Source: a virus. Taken from it: a stretch of DNA of 30,991 bases. The notes beneath the pieces were generated by a model. It was not told the DNA's origin and did not search any database. It worked only from the letters and a program-made list of their open reading frames with translations. The translations under genes were made by a program, and so were the position numbers. The stretch lies in UHGV virus genome UHGV-0237462. The stretch is one strand, 5' to 3'. How positions within the stretch are numbered: position 1 is the first letter of the stretch; every line of letters starts with the position of its first letter. Positions 25,393 through 30,991 of the stretch are shown here, piece by piece.

Positions 25393-27807
25393 TTAATACA
25401 GGTTCCGCCACTTATCATCTTCCTGCAAACGCTGGTTCCGATAGAAGACACGCAGGCCTGCTCCTGACGGAATACTGCCGCCGCGAAGGAGTAAATCGAC
25501 CTCTTTCTCGCTGCCATCAAATCCTCTGGACTTCAGTTCATAGACGAGCTGCTGTCGTTGATGGTCTGTAATTCGCTGTTTGTAGTCTCTACGCCGTTTC
25601 GGTTTCACCAGGCGTAACCTTGCAGCCAGTTCCCGGCGCTCTTTTTTGTTCATACTGTGCAGGTAATCGTGCAACTCCTTGTCATCCATGTGGGTAATGT
25701 CCGTTCTGGTATCCCCATCAGCTGATTTGTCTTTCCCTTGTTGGTTCAAATTTTCAGCAAGGGGACAGTTATTGCCACGAGTCCAAGGGGCGCAAGCGCC
25801 CTGGTCGGCAGCCGCCTCCTGAACGTCAACGGCCTTACGAACCATTTTCCACTTCACTGCATGAGTGCAGATCTTGCCCTCTGCAATGGGTGACCAGATG
25901 CCATAAATACGAATACCGTGATCGCCATAGGCGGTTGGCTCTTCGTTGATTTCATAAGCGGTTCTGATGAGGTGATATTTGCGGGGAACCAGTACGCCGC
26001 CCTGCTTCATGATGTAGGTGGCAAAACAACCAGCATCAGCAGCAGCCAGGATGGCATCAAGGCGCGGGTTATCCAGTACCGGCGCACCTGCTTTTTTGTC
26101 ACCCTGTTGCCTTGCCGCCTGACCAGCCAGCAATCGCAGTTCACGGTAAGCCTGACGCCCCGGAATGCCAAAGAAGCGGAATTGCTGAACACGATGCAGA
26201 GACGCCCAGGCATTAACGTATTCAGCGTTATCACGCAGGGATTTACCCGTTTCCTTACTGATCTCGCCAGCCAGACCACGCCCGTCAATATTCTTACTGA
26301 TATATTTCGCAATGTAGCTTGTCGGCGTTCCTTTGCGCGGGTTTATCAGCTCAGACTTAAAGCGTGGCCCCGTGTTATTGCCCAGCTCCTCGCGGTCTTC
26401 TCGGATGGCAAACTTACGCAACAATGCAGTAATGGCGCGGCGGTCTTTTTTGCGCATGAAACACAACAGGTGCCAGTGAACTGTGCCGTCATGATGCGGC
26501 TCAGCCACCCGCACGCCATACCAGCGCAACCCGGCTTTGTGCATAGCCTTACGAAATGCAGCAAACATGCCGACCAGATAATCGCTGCTTTGTCTTACTG
26601 TCGCGTTGGTCCAGGTCGGGTTTGGCCTGCCGTTATTTAGCGTGGAATGGAAACGTGACGGACAGGTGATGGTGTAGAAAACGGCGCAGTCACCACGCAT
26701 TTCCGCGATAAGCTCCAGGCCTTTAACACAGGCCATCATCTCGTTGCGGCGATGCGCCGGGTTGCTGCTGCTGGCGTTTACCACATCCTCCATGTTCAGC
26801 GTGTCGCCGTCTTCGTTCACCAGTTCATGAGAACGGAAAAACTCCAGCGACTTACGGCGCTGCTCACGTTTATGCATCACGGCTTCATAGCTGACATAGG
26901 GAGATGCTTTTTTGCTGACAAGGCAGACAGCACGCAACTGCTCTTCCCGCCATTCGCAACGCATCTTCCATAATTTCCGATACCACCAGTCGGCGCACAG
27001 CATACGCGCCAGCGAACCCGGAATGAGTTCATAAGGCACAGGTTTGCGGCGGTTTCTTTTCCGGCGGAGTTGCTCAAACGCAGGCGGTATGACATCCAGT
27101 CGCAGGGTTTCTGCAGCCACCTTTTCCCATGTCTTGCGGATTTCTTCTGGCTTAACATCATCGGAGGCGTACAAATCACCACAAGCGGCATCAAGACACA
27201 TGCTCATATGCGCAGCGACAAGGGTAGACAGGCGTTTCACCTGATCCTGACTCATTTCAGGCAGGATCAGCAGACCGTCCAGCCCTTCATGGCTTGCCAT
27301 AAAACGAAAAGATGCAGATAGCTGGCTGTCGCGTATATGCTCCAGTCGTTCCAGACATGGCTTAATCGTCTCACGCAAATAGCGGGAATAAGCCTTTGGC
27401 CTGCCCAGGCTGCTGAAATATTCAATACGTTGCATCAGCGGCTTGCTGATATGGGAAGGCTGGGCGTTGACGTCAGCCAGAATGACCATGTCTGGATTAA
27501 AACGCTGCTGCTCATGCGCCATCTTTGCCCGGCTAATGAGCTTATCCTGCTCCATTTCGCGTTGGACAGGATCACGGGATTCATTAAAGAAATAACGCTC
27601 CCAGACCTGATCACTCAGTGCCTCGCGGCGCAGTTGTTCCTGCTCGTTATCGGTAGCGTACAGAGTGATCAGGTTTGAAAGCGCAGAAACCGGCGCAACT
27701 TCCGCCGGGTCCAGATAAGGGTTAATGGCCTTTTTCGGGCTGTTCCATGAGAATGCTGCGGCGACCTTGTTAAAGCCGCTGCAGTTGTTCATATCAGCAT
27801 GGCTCAT
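25393..27807 (-). CDS. A: Replication initiation endonuclease gpA (rolling-circle)
   Basis: 804 aa; P2/186 A-like size and position; start overlaps the Dam stop (ATGA). Confidence 0.9.
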   Translation of the reverse strand: MSHADMNNCSGFNKVAAAFSWNSPKKAINPYLDPAEVAPVSALSNLITLYATDNEQEQLRREALSDQVWERYFFNESRDPVQREMEQDKLISRAKMAHEQQRFNPDMVILADVNAQPSHISKPLMQRIEYFSSLGRPKAYSRYLRETIKPCLERLEHIRDSQLSASFRFMASHEGLDGLLILPEMSQDQVKRLSTLVAAHMSMCLDAACGDLYASDDVKPEEIRKTWEKVAAETLRLDVIPPAFEQLRRKRNRRKPVPYELIPGSLARMLCADWWYRKLWKMRCEWREEQLRAVCLVSKKASPYVSYEAVMHKREQRRKSLEFFRSHELVNEDGDTLNMEDVVNASSSNPAHRRNEMMACVKGLELIAEMRGDCAVFYTITCPSRFHSTLNNGRPNPTWTNATVRQSSDYLVGMFAAFRKAMHKAGLRWYGVRVAEPHHDGTVHWHLLCFMRKKDRRAITALLRKFAIREDREELGNNTGPRFKSELINPRKGTPTSYIAKYISKNIDGRGLAGEISKETGKSLRDNAEYVNAWASLHRVQQFRFFGIPGRQAYRELRLLAGQAARQQGDKKAGAPVLDNPRLDAILAAADAGCFATYIMKQGGVLVPRKYHLIRTAYEINEEPTAYGDHGIRIYGIWSPIAEGKICTHAVKWKMVRKAVDVQEAAADQGACAPWTRGNNCPLAENLNQQGKDKSADGDTRTDITHMDDKELHDYLHSMNKKERRELAARLRLVKPKRRRDYKQRITDHQRQQLVYELKSRGFDGSEKEVDLLLRGGSIPSGAGLRVFYRNQRLQEDDKWRNLY

Positions 27808-28661
27808 GCACGCACTCCGTACACGGCAGAACTATCCACGCCACGCGAAGGATCAAATCCCACCCAGCAGCGCGGCCCGGAAACAGCGATGATTTCTGTT
27901 GCAGATTTACTCTCACCAGCTGCTACACCGATGCTGCGTTTTGCCTTGATGTAGTGGTGAGTAAAATTGCGATACAGCGAACGGATCAGGGATGTATCAC
28001 TGTTAGAAACAATGACCGGATGTCCTTCTGATGACCGATGTTCAAGAACGGATGCCAGGTGATACTGGTCATCTTCAGTGAAACCATCAGTGTGATAGCC
28101 GGAAAACGTACCGTCATACGGCGGATCGCAATACACCACATCCCCCACCTGCAGCATCGCCAGCGTTTCATCAAAGCTTGCGCAGATAAACGTTGCACGC
28201 TGGGCTTTCTCTGCAAATGCGCGAATTTCTTTTTCAGGGAAATACGGATTTTTATAATTACCGTAGGGAATGTTGAAATGCCCGCTCTTGTTATAGCGAC
28301 ATAAACCACGGTAACCGTGACGATTGAGATACAGGAAATATACCGCTTTCATGAAATCAGTAATTTCAGTGGAGTAATTAAACTCCTGCCTTATGTTGTA
28401 ATAAGCCACCTCCCTGTTTGCGATCTCAAATAAAACTCTGGCGCGAGATATAAACGATTCACAATCAGAGGCAACCTTTTTATAGAGGTTGATTAAATCA
28501 GGATTAATATCCGCAACCAGATAGCTGGGGTAATCCGTCTCCATCATCACAGCACAGGAACCCGCGAAAGGTTCAACCAGTCGCGGGCCAGCAGGAAGGT
28601 GTTTTTTCAGTTCGGACATAATGGCGGTTTTATTTCCCGCCCATTTCAGGATGGTGCTCAT
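27804..28661 (-). CDS. dam: DNA adenine methyltransferase (Dam family)
   Basis: ATG at 28661 with GGAGG 6 nt upstream; N-terminal ILKWAGNK and catalytic DPPY motif (YCDPPYDG). Confidence 0.85.
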   Translation of the reverse strand: MSTILKWAGNKTAIMSELKKHLPAGPRLVEPFAGSCAVMMETDYPSYLVADINPDLINLYKKVASDCESFISRARVLFEIANREVAYYNIRQEFNYSTEITDFMKAVYFLYLNRHGYRGLCRYNKSGHFNIPYGNYKNPYFPEKEIRAFAEKAQRATFICASFDETLAMLQVGDVVYCDPPYDGTFSGYHTDGFTEDDQYHLASVLEHRSSEGHPVIVSNSDTSLIRSLYRNFTHHYIKAKRSIGVAAGESKSATEIIAVSGPRCWVGFDPSRGVDSSAVYGVRA

Positions 28662-28885
28662 ACAGCACCTCCGTTGTAATGTTTGCCTTTCAGCTCTGCG
28701 ATTTCCTGACAGGTAATGCAAAGCTGCACACCCGGAATGGCACGGCGGCGTGCTGGCGGAATTGGCGCTTCACACTCAACGCAAAGCACGCGGGACACGC
28801 CCGGCGTTTTGGCACGGGCAGCACGGATATGACGTTGGCGTTCTTCTTCAACTCGCTGCTGTACGAGATCCATTGCATCAGCCAT
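28658..28885 (-). CDS. TraR/DksA-family C4 zinc-finger protein
   Basis: 75 aa; CVEC ... CITC four-Cys motif typical of TraR/DksA C-termini; stop overlaps the Dam start. Confidence 0.7.
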   Translation of the reverse strand: MADAMDLVQQRVEEERQRHIRAARAKTPGVSRVLCVECEAPIPPARRRAIPGVQLCITCQEIAELKGKHYNGGAV

Positions 28886-29118
28886 CAGTGGATCTCCTGC
28901 GCTTCGTTCTGGATTGCTTCAGCAGTCACACGCAGCAGTTCTGCCGCTTCGACGTGGTTTAGTTGGCGGGATGTGATATGACACGCCAGGCTATCAAGGC
29001 GAGCTGCCATTGCTTCAGCCCTTGCCCGGCGTTCTTCCAGACGAGCCTCTGTCAGTAAAATATTAAGCCCTGCATTATCCGGTCCGGTTTTAGTCGTGAT
29101 GGTTTCAATATTACGCAT
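28885..29118 (-). CDS. Hypothetical early-region protein (77 aa from the ATG at 29118)
   Basis: The ORF-track start is TTG; ATG at 29118 has GGAGA 7 nt upstream. Confidence 0.5.
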   Translation of the reverse strand: MRNIETITTKTGPDNAGLNILLTEARLEERRARAEAMAARLDSLACHITSRQLNHVEAAELLRVTAEAIQNEAQEIH

Positions 29119-29185
29119 AATCAATTCTCCTGGATTTAGATAAAGGGATGCCCGGCGGGTTTACGCCATTAATTTCATTAGTTGG

Positions 29186-29527
29186 TTAATTCGGCATGGT
29201 TAGCCGTCTGGGAAATAAGCTCACCACTGCACGAAAATGATTCATTGCTTTAATCAGCTCCCGCTTTTCGTCAGTGGTCAGCTCATTAATGCTGATGCTA
29301 TGACGTTCAGCTGGAATTTTTGCCATAAAGAATATGGCAGCCAGTGCCCGTTTATTTTGTTCATTATTGATATCCCGTGGATCACGCATATCTTTAATAA
29401 ACCGCTCAAGCTCTGACTCAATATTCAGGCCAAAAACTTTCGCCCTTAACTCCGCAATGTGATTAAGTCCATTCAGGCGTTCACCGGGGCTTAATGGAAC
29501 AGTTGCTGCAGCGCCATTAATTGCCAT
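29186..29527 (-). CDS. Hypothetical early-region protein (113 aa)
   Basis: ATG start; position in the early operon between cII and A. Confidence 0.5.
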   Translation of the reverse strand: MAINGAAATVPLSPGERLNGLNHIAELRAKVFGLNIESELERFIKDMRDPRDINNEQNKRALAAIFFMAKIPAERHSISINELTTDEKRELIKAMNHFRAVVSLFPRRLTMPN

Positions 29528-29549
29528 ACTTCATATCCCCCAAACGCAG

Positions 29550-29774
29550 CTATCGTTTTTTGTTCTTACGGTAACGCTCAAGAGGAGATACATTTTTTCG
29601 TATCGTCTCTTTAACCTGCTCTCCCCGTAAAAACGTCCCATCCTTTAACGTGAAAAAGTAACTGCCATCGCCCGACAATGACGGATAGCAACAGAGCAAA
29701 TCATCTTCAGGTACTGAATAACTCTCCCCTCTGTAACGAAACTGATAAACCACTTCACTTTCTGCCACATACAT
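29550..29774 (-). CDS. Hypothetical early-region protein (74 aa)
   Basis: ATG at 29774 with GGAGAAAG upstream; overlaps the next ORF by about 130 nt in another frame. Confidence 0.4.
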   Translation of the reverse strand: MYVAESEVVYQFRYRGESYSVPEDDLLCCYPSLSGDGSYFFTLKDGTFLRGEQVKETIRKNVSPLERYRKNKKR

Positions 29775-29941
29775 TTGGACTTTCTCCGTTTCCTCGTGGT
29801 CAATTCAGACAGCAATTCATCTTGTGAATGACATGGATGCCAGCGTTTTCCATCCTCACCCGTGATCCAGCCGTGACCGTAGTGCATTGCCGGGCTTTGT
29901 TTTACCAGCAGCGATGCAAATGATGGTTCTTTCGTCAGCAT
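29645..29941 (-). CDS. Hypothetical early-region protein (start at MLTKEPS; fil/dhr-position gene)
   Basis: ATG at 29941 with GAGG 5 nt upstream, 8 nt after the cII stop; the 3' portion overlaps the 74-aa ORF. Confidence 0.4.
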   Translation of the reverse strand: MLTKEPSFASLLVKQSPAMHYGHGWITGEDGKRWHPCHSQDELLSELTTRKRRKSKCMWQKVKWFISFVTEGRVIQYLKMICSVAIRHCRAMAVTFSR

Positions 29942-29948
29942 AAACACC

Positions 29949-30458
29949 TCACAGCAAACCGAATGAAGCACCAAGGCCAGTCATGGTATCAACTGCACTC
30001 GCCATCGCCGGGTTAGCCTGTAAACGGGCCTGCAATGAAACAGCAGCCAGCGCCATCAGTCGTGTTACAGAGTTAATGCTGCTGATAGCATCACGACGAC
30101 CTGCACTGGTTTTTACATTGCCAGATACCGCACCTGCAGCAATACGCCCGATCTCTGCGGTTGCACTCATGACGTAATGCGGCAGTTTCTCTTTTGCTAC
30201 CTCATTAATCGGTACACATGGCAGGCAGTGAATCTGTGCCAGAAAACCATCTATCAGCGTTGAATCTTCAGTCAGATCGGTAAGCAGCCAGATTTCTGGC
30301 GCATTGAGCTGATGCGGTTGATCTGGGTTGAGTTTGTTTCGCAGAGTCTGGACATTCATTCCTGCACGTTCTGCCAGCTTCGCCATATTATGACGAAGTG
30401 CAAAAGCTCTACAGGCTTCATCAAAATGCGGGTGTTTGGAAATCTTATAATCAAACAT
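29949..30458 (-). CDS. cII: CII-like lysogeny establishment activator (phage 186 CII homologue)
   Basis: 169 aa; MFDYKISKHPHFDEACRAFALRHNMAKLAERAGMNVQTLRNKLNP closely matches 186 CII as I recall it. Confidence 0.85.
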   Translation of the reverse strand: MFDYKISKHPHFDEACRAFALRHNMAKLAERAGMNVQTLRNKLNPDQPHQLNAPEIWLLTDLTEDSTLIDGFLAQIHCLPCVPINEVAKEKLPHYVMSATAEIGRIAAGAVSGNVKTSAGRRDAISSINSVTRLMALAAVSLQARLQANPAMASAVDTMTGLGASFGLL

Positions 30459-30490
30459 GCTACCCCCTTAGAAAGTTCTCATAATTGAAC

Positions 30491-30733
30491 TTACTTACCA
30501 ACAATGACGCGGAAGTTGGAATGACCGAGGGATTCACGGACCTGATCTGTTTTGTACATTAAATAACGCAGGCTTACGCGGCCTTTGTTTTTTTCTTTCT
30601 TGACCATGTATTTAGCAAGCTGACCATGGTGAATTTTTTGATACACGGAGCCGCGGGAGATACCTTCCCATTCCGCGAACTCAGCAGGCGTTGCCATCTC
30701 TTTTGGTACACGAATTGAAATATCAGTACTCAT
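30491..30733 (-). CDS. apl: Apl-like excisionase/transcriptional regulator (186 Apl / P2 Cox analogue)
   Basis: 80 aa; MSTDISIRVPKEMATPAEFAEWEG resembles 186 Apl; first gene of the lytic operon. Confidence 0.8.
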   Translation of the reverse strand: MSTDISIRVPKEMATPAEFAEWEGISRGSVYQKIHHGQLAKYMVKKEKNKGRVSLRYLMYKTDQVRESLGHSNFRVIVGK

Positions 30734-30806
30734 AGTGCAGTATCTCTTAGTTTGGTTTCGTTTTATCTTGTTTATGTGGTTTGGTTTTGCTTTTCATACC
30801 ATGAAT

Positions 30807-30835
30807 GGATATTAAGATCACTTTTAATATACGTC
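30807..30835 (-). promoter_or_regulatory. Candidate lytic promoter pR for apl-cII
   Basis: Minus strand TTGACG (30835-30830), 17-bp spacer, TAATAT (30812-30807); about 70 nt upstream of the apl ATG. Confidence 0.5.
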
Positions 30836-30846
30836 AAGAGGTTTGA

Positions 30847-30991
30847 TTATGAGTTTAATCAAGGCGGGGAATGATAGTGGTGGGCGCGATGCGATTAATA
30901 GGCTTATTAAGGCTTACAACTTCAGCTCACGACAGCAGCTCTGCGAACATCTGGAAGTATCAAAAAGCACTATGGCTAACAGATACTTAAG
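30847..30991 (+). CDS. cI: CI-type immunity repressor, N-terminal fragment (runs off the window)
   Basis: ATG at 30847 with AGAGG upstream; ..INRLIKAYNFSSRQQLCEHLEVSKSTMANRY fits the 186 CI N-terminal pattern as I recall it; divergent from apl. Confidence 0.7.

Noticed and set aside
28662-28721. Upstream extension of Dam (ORF-track start at 28721)
   Set aside because: The ATG at 28661 has a strong GGAGG RBS and overlaps the TraR-like stop in the usual coupled arrangement; the extension (MHYLSGNRRAERQTLQRRCC) overlaps the TraR-like gene
1-30991. CRISPR arrays, insertion sequences or transposases
   Set aside because: I found no regularly spaced short direct repeats and no transposase-like ORF; the only recombinase is the tail-fibre invertase

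Overview
This window is almost entirely one P2/186-family temperate prophage (Enterobacteriaceae-type) lying next to the 3' end of ssrA (tmRNA). All identifications rest on reading the ORF translations and DNA by eye and on remembered family sequences; no search or computation was run. From left to right: ssrA 3' end and a terminator hairpin; an AT-rich membrane-protein gene; then ogr and the complete late tail/baseplate/lysis/head module on the minus strand (D, U, T, E with E-prime frameshift, FII, FI, tail fibre H and its chaperone, I, J, W, V, S, R, lysC/lysB/lysA, K, Y, X, L, M, N, O), with P (large terminase) and Q (portal) on the plus strand. Where P2 carries Z/fun there is instead a Gin/Pin-type invertase and a ~1.6 kb invertible tail-fibre segment, with two 26-bp crossover sites I could locate and a frame-preserving alternative C-terminus. 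Beyond Q lie a cos-like site flanked on both sides by AT-rich cargo genes, a LexA-box-controlled DinI/Tum-like module, replication gene A, a Dam methylase, a TraR-like zinc-finger protein, and a 186-type early region (cII, apl, start of cI). The candidates for something undescribed are the three self-contained AT-rich cargo genes at the att and cos ends; their functions are unknown and any defence role is inference.
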